NCBI GenBank assembly: GCA_965221165.1
Contig: CBDCRP010000002.1
Span: 928,001-992,000, forward strand
Reading direction: 5' to 3'
DNA from: a bacterium
GTDB taxonomy: Bacteria > UBA8248
Length of the DNA stretch: 64,000 nt
Shown: piece after piece, positions 27,637 to 37,914 of the stretch
How positions within the stretch are numbered: position 1 is the stretch's first letter
Layout: every line of letters starts with the position of its first letter
Translations under genes and position numbers: made by a program
The notes under the pieces: model-generated
What the model was told of the DNA's origin: nothing
What the model saw: only the letters and a program-made list of their open reading frames with translations
The model's database searches: none

Positions 27637-30606
27637 TCATGCCTTGCTGATTCGGCATAACAAACTCTTCATATTCGTTTGATCCGACACCGGATCGCGT
27701 TGCGCGATATCGGTCAGAAAATTCACCGACCGCCAGGGATGGTATGGCTGGCGCTCCCCCCAGCCGATGGGAACGTAAACAGAGTCCTCCCTTATCCCTG
27801 AATTCACCCAAGCCATCGCCTCGATGGCGCCGTGCGCGGTCTCCACCCGGACTTTCTCTCCATCTTCAATTCCCAATTCTTGCGCTTTTTGGGGATGTAT
27901 CTGGCAATAGAGGTCGGGCCACATCTCTTGCGCCTGCCAGAAATAATGGGTCCAGCTATGAAAATGCGGCGCAGGCGGCCGCCCAGTTATCAAAATCGTT
28001 TCAAAGCCTTTTCGGCGAAGCGTATCACCAGGGTTATCCTCTTCCGGCTGAACAATTCTGGCGGTGCGAGAACCCGTCGGCGCCTTGTTGAACGGAGAGA
28101 TAATTTCCAGATCATCATCTTCGTGACCATATTCGAGATAGGGCATCTGCAGCAGATTTTCCTTCTCGCTATAAAACTCCGGCAGCGCGGATAATCCCAC
28201 TTGCGAAAATTTTTCCTCCAACTCCTCCGTCCAGAACTCGAGCCGTCCGCTCGGCGTGGGAAAGCGCTTACCCTCGGGTTGCCCCGTGGCGGTCGTTCCT
28301 TCCAGATAAAGGGTTTCCTGCTCGGGAGCATCCTCGCTTGCGACGGGAAAGCGCACCCATCGGTAGGGAAGCGAGTGGAGTCTTTTTTGTGTTACTCCCC
28401 GCAAAAAATCATTGTCGATACACATCTCGTCCCAAAATTTCCCCGGATCCTTGTATTCTTCTTTCATGACGTCGCCGAACCCCAGGCGTTTCCCGAGTTC
28501 TATCCATATCCATCCATCGGGCTTCGCCTCCCCCGGCGGGTCGATCATCTTATCTATCCACACAAGCCTTCTGTCGTCATTCGTGCGGCCAAGCTCTCCC
28601 TTTTCAATGCCGCCCGCCGCAGGCAGCACATAATCCGCAAATGCGGAGGTTTCGTTTTGGAACAACTCGATATGGACGATGAGGTCGAGCGCCTTGAAGG
28701 CCGCGCGCGCTTCATCCTGGCCCGGCCATTGCGCCAGCGGATTGTTGCACGTGATGAGGCCTTTGATGGGGTATGGCTTTCCTTCCCGCATGGCGCTCAA
28801 CCAACCGGCCGGGCTTCTGCGAACCATCGGTTTTTGAATTTCCGCCCTCCTGTCTTCCGGCGCATTGGCGGCTATGGGCGGACCCGCCGTCATGTTCACG
28901 TAGGCTCCGCCCTTTCGTCCCCAATTCCCCGTTATGGCGGCCACGAACATCATCGCCCGGTTGGTTTGCACGGAATTGGTATGCTGATTTATCCCCCGGC
29001 TCCCAAAGATGACACAGCCATCCGCCCTGGCCACATCCTCAGCAAGCGCGCGAATCTCCTCTGCGGATATACCCGTGACGGCCTCCGCCCAATCGGGGGA
29101 ATATCCTTTGGAGAATATAAAATCGCGCCAGTGCTCCCAGCCCAGCACCCATTCATCGCAAAAACGCTGGTCGTGCATATTTTCAGAAAGAATGTGGTGC
29201 GCCATGGCGAGGCCAAGGGCCATGTCGGTGCCCGGGCGAATGCCCAGCCATTTGTCCGCCTTGCTCGCCGTTGCAGTGTACCTCGGGTCCACCACCACCA
29301 TCTTGGTTTTGTTTTTGATGCGCCAGTCATTCACCTTGCCGAAGTAGACTGGCCGTGTCTCGGCCTGGTTGTCCCCGACATAGAGATACATCTGGGCGCT
29401 GCCGATATCTTCGGGCGTATAGCTGTTCCCGTTTCCATTGATCCCGTGCGTCACCTCGTAGGCGACCACCTTGCCCGCCGCGCAAAACGGGTCCGTCCCC
29501 TGGAGATTGGGGGTCCCCCACATCTGGCTGAACAACCGCACATACCCTTTTTGTGTAATCAAACCCGTGCGGGTCCCCACGAAAAGCGCCAACGCCTCCG
29601 GGCCCCATTGTTCTTTAAGAAGTCTAAGTTTCGCGGCGATCTCATCGAGCGCCTGGTTCCAACTGATGCGCTCAAACTCGCCTTCACCCCGGGCACCGAC
29701 CCGTTTGAGAGGATATTGCAGGCGATGCTCATTGTGATGCATCTGAAGCGTAAACTGCGCTTTCGGACAAAGTTTTCCGTTCAGGACGGGGTCCTCGTCG
29801 TTTCCCGTCACGTTGATGAGTCGGTCCCCTTGAAAATGAAACTTGGCGCTACAGCAGTTGAAACAAAAATTGCACCCCCCGGGCACGACGCGGTCCGCCT
29901 TTAGCGTCTTTTTGTCGTGCAGGTAGGGAAAGTCGGGCCCTTTTTGCTCAAATACGTCATTCGCTCCGGGTGAATCCACAAAACGAGGCCGACTCGGACT
30001 TTCGTATAAACGTGAGACACCTTCTTGCTTCGCGCGGCCATTTTCTCTTTCGATTTTTTCAAGATAAACCGTTTGCGGTTTCAGGAGGAAATGATCGTGA
30101 TCGCGAGGATGGCGACCCTCTTCGTTCGCTTTTTCAAGAAGCGTCTCCCTTTCCCCAAAAGAGATAGCGAAGCCCGGGCAAATTTCAGCACACGCAGGCT
30201 CCAATCCCTTTTCCCGCCTGTCGGGGCACAAGTCGCATTTCACCGAATGATGCCCTTTGGCGTCATAGCCCATCGCGCTATAAGGACACGCCATGACGCA
30301 TTCCCCGCAACCCGTGCAAAGCGCTTCATCCACTTCCACTACGCCGGTATCGGGGTCTTTCGTTATCGCCTTGGGATGAACCGGACAGGCCCTCAGACAA
30401 GCGGGGCGCTCACAGTGCTGGCAAGTCAGCGTGAGGAAATCGGGCGCTCCCGTGGAAGCATCTCCCAGCCAGACCACCTTGTTTCGGTATTCACCGGGAC
30501 CCAGCCTGTGCTCCTGCTTACAAGCCGCCTCACAGCTTTTACAGCCAAAGCATCGCTCCAAATCTATCATCAAGGCTAGCTGACCCAAGACGCGCTCCTT
30601 GAACAC
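27637..30606 (-). CDS. Mo/W-bisPGD oxidoreductase with fused N-terminal DmsB/NrfC-like 4x[4Fe-4S] domain
   Basis: CFGCKSCEAAC, CQHCERPACLRACP, CTGCGECVMACP, KCDLC..CAEICP; then the FS0 motif CNFCFNC..LCPK, RLQYPLKR, ERISW, IRPGTD, ADYVLP, IHP..A; no Tat RR signal. Confidence 0.92.
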   Translation of the reverse strand: MFKERVLGQLALMIDLERCFGCKSCEAACKQEHRLGPGEYRNKVVWLGDASTGAPDFLTLTCQHCERPACLRACPVHPKAITKDPDTGVVEVDEALCTGCGECVMACPYSAMGYDAKGHHSVKCDLCPDRREKGLEPACAEICPGFAISFGERETLLEKANEEGRHPRDHDHFLLKPQTVYLEKIERENGRAKQEGVSRLYESPSRPRFVDSPGANDVFEQKGPDFPYLHDKKTLKADRVVPGGCNFCFNCCSAKFHFQGDRLINVTGNDEDPVLNGKLCPKAQFTLQMHHNEHRLQYPLKRVGARGEGEFERISWNQALDEIAAKLRLLKEQWGPEALALFVGTRTGLITQKGYVRLFSQMWGTPNLQGTDPFCAAGKVVAYEVTHGINGNGNSYTPEDIGSAQMYLYVGDNQAETRPVYFGKVNDWRIKNKTKMVVVDPRYTATASKADKWLGIRPGTDMALGLAMAHHILSENMHDQRFCDEWVLGWEHWRDFIFSKGYSPDWAEAVTGISAEEIRALAEDVARADGCVIFGSRGINQHTNSVQTNRAMMFVAAITGNWGRKGGAYVNMTAGPPIAANAPEDRRAEIQKPMVRRSPAGWLSAMREGKPYPIKGLITCNNPLAQWPGQDEARAAFKALDLIVHIELFQNETSAFADYVLPAAGGIEKGELGRTNDDRRLVWIDKMIDPPGEAKPDGWIWIELGKRLGFGDVMKEEYKDPGKFWDEMCIDNDFLRGVTQKRLHSLPYRWVRFPVASEDAPEQETLYLEGTTATGQPEGKRFPTPSGRLEFWTEELEEKFSQVGLSALPEFYSEKENLLQMPYLEYGHEDDDLEIISPFNKAPTGSRTARIVQPEEDNPGDTLRRKGFETILITGRPPAPHFHSWTHYFWQAQEMWPDLYCQIHPQKAQELGIEDGEKVRVETAHGAIEAMAWVNSGIREDSVYVPIGWGERQPYHPWRSVNFLTDIAQRDPVSDQTNMKSLLCRISKA

Positions 30607-30613
30607 ATGCGGA

Positions 30614-31387
30614 CTACCACTTCGTCAGATGCCACCAGTATATATCTCCCCCGCCAGAGACATAACCCGCGAAAAAAGTGACGGTGACGATATGCCCCAG
30701 CATACCGAGGATAAAGACAAACGCCAAAACGACGTGAATCAACCGCCAATATGCCTGCGCGGGGGATACGCCGGCGCGCATTCCCATCAATTTATTTTCA
30801 CGGCCAATCAGCCGGGCATAAGCGAGCGTTAGGCCAGGCCTGGAGAACCAATGCTTGAGTCTGGGAGAAAAAGTGCCCTCGTTCGCTCCCGGTTCGAGCC
30901 TGGATAAAAGGGATTCTTTCTCCTCGATGAGACGGGCCATGCGCTCTCGGTTATCCGAGCTCAACGGAGAGAAGGATTCATCTCTTGTAGCGAACGTGGC
31001 CGACATTCGTCTCGAGAGACGAAAACGCGCCCACACACCCAGAATCACCAGGGCAAAAAGCGCGACGAGCAGCAACGCCGGCGCATAGCGAAGAAACCCG
31101 GCCGAGTGAATGGTCACCAACACGCCGCCGAGGGTGGCCGTGACCACATGGGCCGAAAACCACCCAAGGGGAGAGCCGCCCACGCCTGTTCGTTTCGTAA
31201 TCACGAAAACCACGGAGACGCACAAGAGAACGGCCCCCGCAACGCCGAACAAATACAGCGTCGGGGAGCCCGGCAGGTGCCATTCGCGCGATAATTTGTG
31301 CTGAAACACGAAGAAGGTGACCAGAGCTACCGCCGCCACGAAGAGGAGATACGCAAGCAGCTTGTCGCCGATATCGAATCGTCTCAT
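30614..31387 (-). CDS. Integral membrane protein, putative di-heme b anchor
   Basis: About 5 TM helices; WFSAH-x13-H and WRLIH-x13-H. Confidence 0.75.
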   Translation of the reverse strand: MRRFDIGDKLLAYLLFVAAVALVTFFVFQHKLSREWHLPGSPTLYLFGVAGAVLLCVSVVFVITKRTGVGGSPLGWFSAHVVTATLGGVLVTIHSAGFLRYAPALLLVALFALVILGVWARFRLSRRMSATFATRDESFSPLSSDNRERMARLIEEKESLLSRLEPGANEGTFSPRLKHWFSRPGLTLAYARLIGRENKLMGMRAGVSPAQAYWRLIHVVLAFVFILGMLGHIVTVTFFAGYVSGGGDIYWWHLTKW

Positions 31388-31392
31388 GAAAA

Positions 31393-31872
31393 TCAGGGAA
31401 ATTCTATTTTTGCGACATCCACGATTTCAAAATTTCTCACGCCACCGGGTAACTGAACCGCCACTTCATCGCCCGGTTCTTTTTGCATGAGCCCGCGCGA
31501 AAGCGGCGCGCTGAAGGAGATAATTCCATTGGGGAGGTCACTTTCCTCCTCGCCCAATATCTTATAGGTAATCTCTTCATCCTTATCCAAGTCAAAAAGA
31601 GTGACCTGTGTGCCGATGGTGACCTTATCGCCGGAGATGGGGAGTTCTTCTATCACGCTCGCCTCACGAATCTTGTCCATAATCCGGCTCACCTCGTTCT
31701 TCAGGTTGCCCTGCAACTCAATGGCCGCCTCCCACTCGGCATTTTCGCTCAAATCACCCAAACTCGCCGCCTTGCCGATTTCTTTCGACACCTCATGCTT
31801 CAGGCGGTGCTGAATTTCCTCGACCTTATGCCTCAATCGCTCGAGCCTCGCTTTGGTGATGTAATACGGCAT
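31393..31872 (-). CDS. greA: Transcription elongation factor Gre
   Basis: GDLSENAEW, ISFSAPLSRGL. Confidence 0.93.
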   Translation of the reverse strand: MPYYITKARLERLRHKVEEIQHRLKHEVSKEIGKAASLGDLSENAEWEAAIELQGNLKNEVSRIMDKIREASVIEELPISGDKVTIGTQVTLFDLDKDEEITYKILGEEESDLPNGIISFSAPLSRGLMQKEPGDEVAVQLPGGVRNFEIVDVAKIEFP

Positions 31873-31912
31873 CTCTTCCTCATCTACATGTGAAATAATC
31901 TAAGAATACGCC

Positions 31913-32830
31913 TCAGGCGTCTTTAGCTGTTTTTTCTTTCAGTTGTTCTCGAAAATCATACCCGGTATCTTCCACAAACGCTTCGATCAGGCGTTTCGTG
32001 ACGGGCCCCGGAACCGGGACGCTCGGCTTGAAGCTGTCAATTTCACGCACCGGCATGGCGCAAATAGCGCTCGATGTGATGAAGTACTCTTCCGCCTGCG
32101 CCAAATCGTATGTCGTGATGTCTCTCTCTTCGACTGGAATTCCCAAACGTGCGGCCAGTTCGAACACCGCCAGGCGGGTCACGCCCTGTAATATATTCCT
32201 CTCATGCGGCGTCCAGAGCGCGCCGTCTTTCACCATGAAGAAATTGGCGGTCGAGTTTTCCGCCACGTTCCCGCGAACGTCGAGCATCAAGGACAAAGAA
32301 CCCGATGCGGCGGCGTCGAGTTCCGCCAGAATCTGATTCATTTTGCTCGTCACCTTGGCTCTCGTCTCGATGCATTCGGGCGGATTGCGCCTCGTGGGCG
32401 ATATCGCCAGGCGCACGCCGTTCAAATACCGCTCCGCAAAGGACGCGACGTTCACGGGCCGCCAGAATATGAAGACGGAGGCGGGCCCCGCCGCGTGCGC
32501 CGCCATGGAGGGATCATCGATACCACGGCTCACCCAATGGCCGACGCGATACATGGCCCCCTCTTCGAGACGGCGCAAATTCGACTCCAGAGTCGCCAGC
32601 GTCGCCTGTTTCATTTCCTCTTTGCTTAGCCCTAAGTCGATGCGAACATACTTGAGCGAGCGATAGAGGCGGTCGAGATGATCATCGAGCCGATAGAGCT
32701 TTCCCGCAAAACAAGGGGTGACCTCATATACCCCGTCGCCCCAGAGAAAGCCGCGATCGAAAGGCGATATCCTGGCGCTCTGCTCTTCTACGATCTCTCC
32801 ATTGAGATAAACGAATCGCTCACCCGGCAT
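31913..32830 (-). CDS. Class IV PLP aminotransferase (IlvE/Dat-like)
   Basis: DRGFLWGDGVYE, HLDRL, AKVTS, ILQGVTR. Confidence 0.92.
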   Translation of the reverse strand: MPGERFVYLNGEIVEEQSARISPFDRGFLWGDGVYEVTPCFAGKLYRLDDHLDRLYRSLKYVRIDLGLSKEEMKQATLATLESNLRRLEEGAMYRVGHWVSRGIDDPSMAAHAAGPASVFIFWRPVNVASFAERYLNGVRLAISPTRRNPPECIETRAKVTSKMNQILAELDAAASGSLSLMLDVRGNVAENSTANFFMVKDGALWTPHERNILQGVTRLAVFELAARLGIPVEERDITTYDLAQAEEYFITSSAICAMPVREIDSFKPSVPVPGPVTKRLIEAFVEDTGYDFREQLKEKTAKDA

Positions 32831-33016
32831 CGGACATTTCTCCCTTCCGCATCAACAAAGAAAGGCCGGCCCGTTAAAAGGGGCACAGCCACAAGTAATA
32901 TGAAATATCATCCTACATACAACCATCTTACAAAGAAAACGGCGAAGGGCAAACTCGCTCCGGGAAATTCCGCCATCCGCTATAACCGGCTTCGGGTTTT
33001 ACCATTCATGCTTAAG

Positions 33017-33235
33017 GGAGTTGTTGAAAAACCCAGCCCTGGAAGCGGACGCATTTGACGCTCCCTCCTCGCTCGCGTCAAGTCCTCGTCTTGCCCTGAC
33101 GCTATATTGACCTCACCCTGAGTAGCCGCCGAAGGCGGCGTATCGAAGGGCGCTCCCTCAATACGGCGCGCAAGCGCGCCTACTCGGGATGAGGGAGGGG
33201 TGAATACCGACCTAAGATGATTTTTCAACAGCCCC
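33017..33235. mobile_element. MITE-like non-autonomous element
   Basis: Terminal inverted repeats GGAGTTGTTGAAAAA / TTTTTCAACAGCCCC (13/15 match); internal nested palindromes; no transposase. Confidence 0.65.
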
Positions 33236-33284
33236 TTATGGATCGGGCTCAGAGTTAAAAATTTCCTGAAGAGGAAAGATGCGT

Positions 33285-34877
33285 TCAATCCTTCTTTCCC
33301 CAGCCCCCACCGCCTGGCGTTTCAAGACGTACCTTGTCTCCAGGCTTCGCTGAAAACCGGGCCTTGCCGGAGAATTGCCTATTCTCACCTTCCCTGATGA
33401 GCGAATTCCTGCCTTTCATTCCCGGCTCCCCTCCTTGCAGGGGCCAAGGCGCTATTTCCCGCCTCTCCGTCATGAATGAGACGGTGGCGTCGCCCAGGAG
33501 TTCGATCTCGCGGATGATGCCGTCTCCGCCGCGATGTTTTCCCCCGCCCCCACTGCCCCTCCGAACGGTGTAGCGGCTCACACGGAACGGATAGGCGTGT
33601 TCGAGCGCTTCTATCGGGGTGTTCAGGGTGTTGGTCAAATGGGTATGGATCGCATCCTCCCCGTCGCCCCACGGCCCCCCGCCCATGCCGCCGCCCGTGG
33701 TCTCGTAATAAGCGTATGGACGGCCCTGCCTGGGTCCGGGGCGATGGTCTATTCCTCCTACCGTGAGGTTGTTCATCGTGCCGCAGGAAGCGGCGGGGAT
33801 TTTATCGGGACAGGCTTTCGCGAGAGCACCGAGTATCACGTCCACCATTCTCTGGCTCGTCTCCACGTTCCCCCCCGCCACGGCGGCGGGAAATTCGGCG
33901 TTCACCACCGTGCCCGAGGGCGCTATGACCTCGATGGGAGTCATACAGCCTGAATTGTTCGGGATGTCGTACGGCACCAGACAACGCAGGGCGTAGTAGG
34001 CCGCCGTGCGGGCGATGGACTCCACGGCATTCACGCTGCCTTGCGTCTGCGGCGCGGAGCCGGTGTAATCCACGCGCATCCTGGAGCCGCGTATGGTGAT
34101 CTCCACCCGTATCGGAACAGCGCCGCTGCCGAAACCATCGTCATCCATGAAATCCTCGAAACGATACCGCCCATCGGGTATGTCGCGTATCACCGCTTTG
34201 GTCAGCCGCTCGGAATACCTTTGCAGCTCCACCGTGTAGCGCAGCGTTTGGGCCAGGCCGTGACGCTCGATGATCTCCAGGATTCTCCGCTCACCCACGC
34301 GGTTCGCCGCGATTTGCGCTGCGATGTCTCCCCTGCGTTCCTCGGCCGTGCGCACGTTCGAGAGTATGAGGGCCAAAACATCTTCCTGCATCTCTCCCCG
34401 GCGTACGAGTTTTACCGGCGGAATCACCACGCCATCCTGGAATATCTCCGTCGTAATGCTCATCGAACCAGGCGCGATGCCGCCCACATCCGCATGATGC
34501 GCCCGATTGGCCACGTAATAAATCAGTTTGTCTTTTCTTCTCTCCTTGACGTATACGGGCGAAATCATGGTGATGTCCGGCAGATGGTTCCCCCCGTGGA
34601 AAGGGTCGTTCAATACGACTACGTCGCCTGGCTCAAGCACCATCCGCTCGATGACGTATTCCACGGACATCGGCATGGAACCCAAATGAGCGGGAAGATG
34701 CGCCGCCTGAGCCGCCATCCGGCCTTTTACGTCAAATATGGCGCATGAGTAATCTTTTCTTTCTTTGATATTCGGGGAAAAAGAAGAGCGGCACAGCGCC
34801 ACGCCCATCTCTTCTGAGGCCGCAAACAACAGATTGCGAAAAACTTCCAGGAGTATCGGATCGTATTTATCAGCCAT
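33285..34877 (-). CDS. Hydantoinase B / 5-oxoprolinase beta subunit
   Basis: FSPNIKERKDYSC, NDPFHGGNHLPD, HHADVGG, GTMNN, TPGGGG. Confidence 0.95.
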   Translation of the reverse strand: MADKYDPILLEVFRNLLFAASEEMGVALCRSSFSPNIKERKDYSCAIFDVKGRMAAQAAHLPAHLGSMPMSVEYVIERMVLEPGDVVVLNDPFHGGNHLPDITMISPVYVKERRKDKLIYYVANRAHHADVGGIAPGSMSITTEIFQDGVVIPPVKLVRRGEMQEDVLALILSNVRTAEERRGDIAAQIAANRVGERRILEIIERHGLAQTLRYTVELQRYSERLTKAVIRDIPDGRYRFEDFMDDDGFGSGAVPIRVEITIRGSRMRVDYTGSAPQTQGSVNAVESIARTAAYYALRCLVPYDIPNNSGCMTPIEVIAPSGTVVNAEFPAAVAGGNVETSQRMVDVILGALAKACPDKIPAASCGTMNNLTVGGIDHRPGPRQGRPYAYYETTGGGMGGGPWGDGEDAIHTHLTNTLNTPIEALEHAYPFRVSRYTVRRGSGGGGKHRGGDGIIREIELLGDATVSFMTERREIAPWPLQGGEPGMKGRNSLIREGENRQFSGKARFSAKPGDKVRLETPGGGGWGKKD

Positions 34878-34886
34878 CGCGCCCAC

Positions 34887-36905
34887 TCAGCTTACGTTCT
34901 TCAAAACAAGATTGCCCCAATCATCCACCCGGCATTCCCAGCCCGGAGAAACGACCGTCGTGGCGCTGAACTCGCACACCAGCGCCGGGCCCTTGAAGCG
35001 ATTGCCACGAGAAAACATATTCCGCGCATATACCGAACCCTTGACTTCTCTTCCCGCAAAAATCATTTTTCGCTTTCCCATGAGCGCATGAGAAACGCTT
35101 TTGGGAGCTTTGGGAAGCCGCCTCATGGGCGGACGCTCCACCTCGCCGACGACCCGCACCCGGAGCGTCACGATCTCGATGGCGCTCTCGGGGCTCGAAG
35201 TGCCGAAGCGTTCATCGTGCAACCTGTCAAACGCCGCTCTGAGGCTCTTGCGAAGATCCACGCCCGTATCGGGTCGATAGGGAAGCGTTAATTCGTATGA
35301 TTGCCCGAGATAGCGCATATCGATGAAGAACGAAAAGGCGGGTTTCGGGAAACCCTCGAATTTCAAGTCGTCCCGCCCCTTTTTCAGCAGAGGGGAAAAA
35401 TGACTTGCTAGAGATTTCTTGCTCAACCCCTCGAGCGGCAGCAGCACCGTTCTGGCATAGTCTTTCACCACGTCCGCGGTCAGCATCCCGCGCGCGGAGA
35501 GAATCCCCGGGTCATTGGGAACGATGACGTTCGGAATCCCGAGGATCTCCGCCAAAGAGCAGGCGTGCATCGCTCCCGCACCACCAAAGGAGATCAGGGC
35601 GAATTCACGCGGATCGTGGCCTCGCTCCACGCTAATCAAGCGAATCGCGCGCGCCATGTGCTGGTTGGCTACGCGAATGACGCCCTCGGCCGCTTGGCGA
35701 GCGTCGAGGCGCAAGGACTTCGCCAGACACGCGATGCCGACCTTCACAGGCTTCATGTCCAGGCCCATCCTGCCACCCAGGAATTGTTCCGGATCAAGAT
35801 GGCCGAGAAACAGGTTCGCATCCGTGACGGTGACCTCGCTTCCCTTCCCGTAGCATATCGGACCCGGGTCGGCGCCCGCACTCTGCGGACCAACGGCCAG
35901 AGCCCCACCCGGATCGACCCGGGCGATGGAGCCGCCTCCCGCGCCTACCGTGTGGATGTCGATGAGAGGAACCCGTATAGGGCAACCGGCCACTTCGGTC
36001 TCCGCCGTGAAGCCGATGCCGCCATGCAGCAAGGACACGTCCGTACTCGTTCCACCCATATCAAACGCGATCGAATTTTCGAACCCCGCTCTTCTCGCCA
36101 CCTCATAGGCGCCCACAACACCGCCGGCAGGGCCGGACAAAATCGTTCGAATGGCCTCCTCGCCCGCCATCGTGCTCGAAATGACGCCTCCGTTGCTCTG
36201 CATGATGCGCAAACGTCCGGAATCAAGGCGCGATTCCAAATCCTTCAAATATCTATTCATCATGGGAGATACATAGGCATTCACACACGTTGTGCTCATA
36301 CGCTCGTATTCCCTGAATTCTGGAAGCACCTGGCTGGACATCGATACGTGTATACCGCTTCGCCGTACCGCGTCAGCCACTTTCTCTTCATGAGAAGGAT
36401 TCGCATAAGAGTGCAGCAGGCAGATGGCGACGGACTCGACACCCGCTTTCTGGAGTTTTTGTTTCAGCTCCCTGATGGATGAATCCTTCAGGCGGAGTAT
36501 CGCGCCGCCCTTTTCGTCCAGGCGCTCCGCCACGCTCATTCTGAGATTTCTGGGTACCAGCGCCGGGGGTCTGCGATACGCCAGATTGTAGAGTTCTTTT
36601 CGGTTCTGGCGGCCGATTTCGATCAGGTCCTCAAAGCCGGCCGTCGTCACGAGAGCGGTTTTCGCGCCACGGCGCGTGAGCAGGGCATTCGTCGCCACGG
36701 TGGAGCCATGGGTGATATCCAGGGTGACGCCGCGACCCTCTAAAAGTTCACCCAACCCCTGGAGGATGGCGCGCTCAGGCGCATCGGGCGTGGAGGGCAC
36801 TTTGTGAACTTGTACGCGAGCACCATCGAACGAGATGAAATCGGTAAAAGTTCCCCCTGTGTCGACGCCGATTCTAAGCGTTTTTTTTTCACGCCCGGAC
36901 ATCAC
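34887..36905 (-). CDS. Hydantoinase A / 5-oxoprolinase ATP-binding subunit
   Basis: DTGGTFTD, HGSTVATN, LSGPAGG, DMGGTSTD, GAGGGS, TVTDAN. Confidence 0.95.
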   Translation of the reverse strand: MMSGREKKTLRIGVDTGGTFTDFISFDGARVQVHKVPSTPDAPERAILQGLGELLEGRGVTLDITHGSTVATNALLTRRGAKTALVTTAGFEDLIEIGRQNRKELYNLAYRRPPALVPRNLRMSVAERLDEKGGAILRLKDSSIRELKQKLQKAGVESVAICLLHSYANPSHEEKVADAVRRSGIHVSMSSQVLPEFREYERMSTTCVNAYVSPMMNRYLKDLESRLDSGRLRIMQSNGGVISSTMAGEEAIRTILSGPAGGVVGAYEVARRAGFENSIAFDMGGTSTDVSLLHGGIGFTAETEVAGCPIRVPLIDIHTVGAGGGSIARVDPGGALAVGPQSAGADPGPICYGKGSEVTVTDANLFLGHLDPEQFLGGRMGLDMKPVKVGIACLAKSLRLDARQAAEGVIRVANQHMARAIRLISVERGHDPREFALISFGGAGAMHACSLAEILGIPNVIVPNDPGILSARGMLTADVVKDYARTVLLPLEGLSKKSLASHFSPLLKKGRDDLKFEGFPKPAFSFFIDMRYLGQSYELTLPYRPDTGVDLRKSLRAAFDRLHDERFGTSSPESAIEIVTLRVRVVGEVERPPMRRLPKAPKSVSHALMGKRKMIFAGREVKGSVYARNMFSRGNRFKGPALVCEFSATTVVSPGWECRVDDWGNLVLKNVS

Positions 36906-37912
36906 CGCCTCCTGTGGGGCCAGGCTTCCGGATTCAACAAATCTGGAGGGCGCTTGCCGAGCAAATAAGCCTTCACGTTTCTCTCCACCCGCTCTGAAAC
37001 CGCATTTCGGCCCAGATCCGTGTTCGTCCCCAGATGCGGCATCATGACCACGTTCTTCATCCGCAGGAGCCTTGGTTGCGGCCTGGGCTCTTGTTCGAAT
37101 ACATCCAGCCCCGCTCCGCCGAGGTGGCCCGAGCGCAGCGCTTCGACCAGAGCCTTTTCATCCAGAATGGCCCCCCGGGCCGTATTGATGACCACGGCCC
37201 CTTTTTTCATGAGAGCGAATTCCTCTGGCCCGATGAAATGGTGCGTGGCGTCGTTTAAGGCCAGATGCACGCTCAGAAAATCAGACTCCATGAGAAGTCT
37301 CCGGAAAGAGCGGTACGAGGCTCCGACCTCCTTTTCCATCTCGGGGCTTTTTCTGTTTCGACTCCAGTACCGGACCCTCATGCCGAACGCATTCGCCATG
37401 CGCGCCACGGCGCAGCCTATGCGCCCCAGACCGATGACCCCTAAGACTCGACCGTTCAGGCCCCGACCCTCCAACAACGTGGGCGTCCAGCCCTTCCATT
37501 TTCCCGTCCGAATGTAGGAATCCGCCTCCACCACGCGCCTGCTTGCCGAGAGCAGAAGCGACATGGCGCATTCCGCCGTAGGCTCCGTAACGACGCCGGG
37601 CGTATTGGTAGCCAGGACCCCGCGCTTCGTGACTTCTTCCATATCGATATTGTTAAAGCCGACTCCGCAATTGGCGACCAGTTTGAGGCGAGGCGCCGCA
37701 TCCAGAAAATCAGCGTCTATCTCATCTCCCACCATCGAGATGAGAATATCCGCATGGCGCACGGCGCGCCTGTAGCTGCCGGGGCTCGGCTTCACGTCTT
37801 TTGCGTGCATGATGAATTCAGTGGATTTTTTCAATTCCGCGAAATGAGGCGGAGGAAACCTTCTGGAGAGAAATACGCGCGGAAGAGCGTCCGGGGATGC
37901 TTTATCATTCAT
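36902..37912 (-). CDS. D-glycerate dehydrogenase / glyoxylate reductase family
   Basis: GVGFNNID, TNTPG, GLGRIG, INTARG, LDVFEQEP, PHLG. Confidence 0.92.
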   Translation of the reverse strand: MNDKASPDALPRVFLSRRFPPPHFAELKKSTEFIMHAKDVKPSPGSYRRAVRHADILISMVGDEIDADFLDAAPRLKLVANCGVGFNNIDMEEVTKRGVLATNTPGVVTEPTAECAMSLLLSASRRVVEADSYIRTGKWKGWTPTLLEGRGLNGRVLGVIGLGRIGCAVARMANAFGMRVRYWSRNRKSPEMEKEVGASYRSFRRLLMESDFLSVHLALNDATHHFIGPEEFALMKKGAVVINTARGAILDEKALVEALRSGHLGGAGLDVFEQEPRPQPRLLRMKNVVMMPHLGTNTDLGRNAVSERVERNVKAYLLGKRPPDLLNPEAWPHRRR

Positions 37913-37914
37913 TT

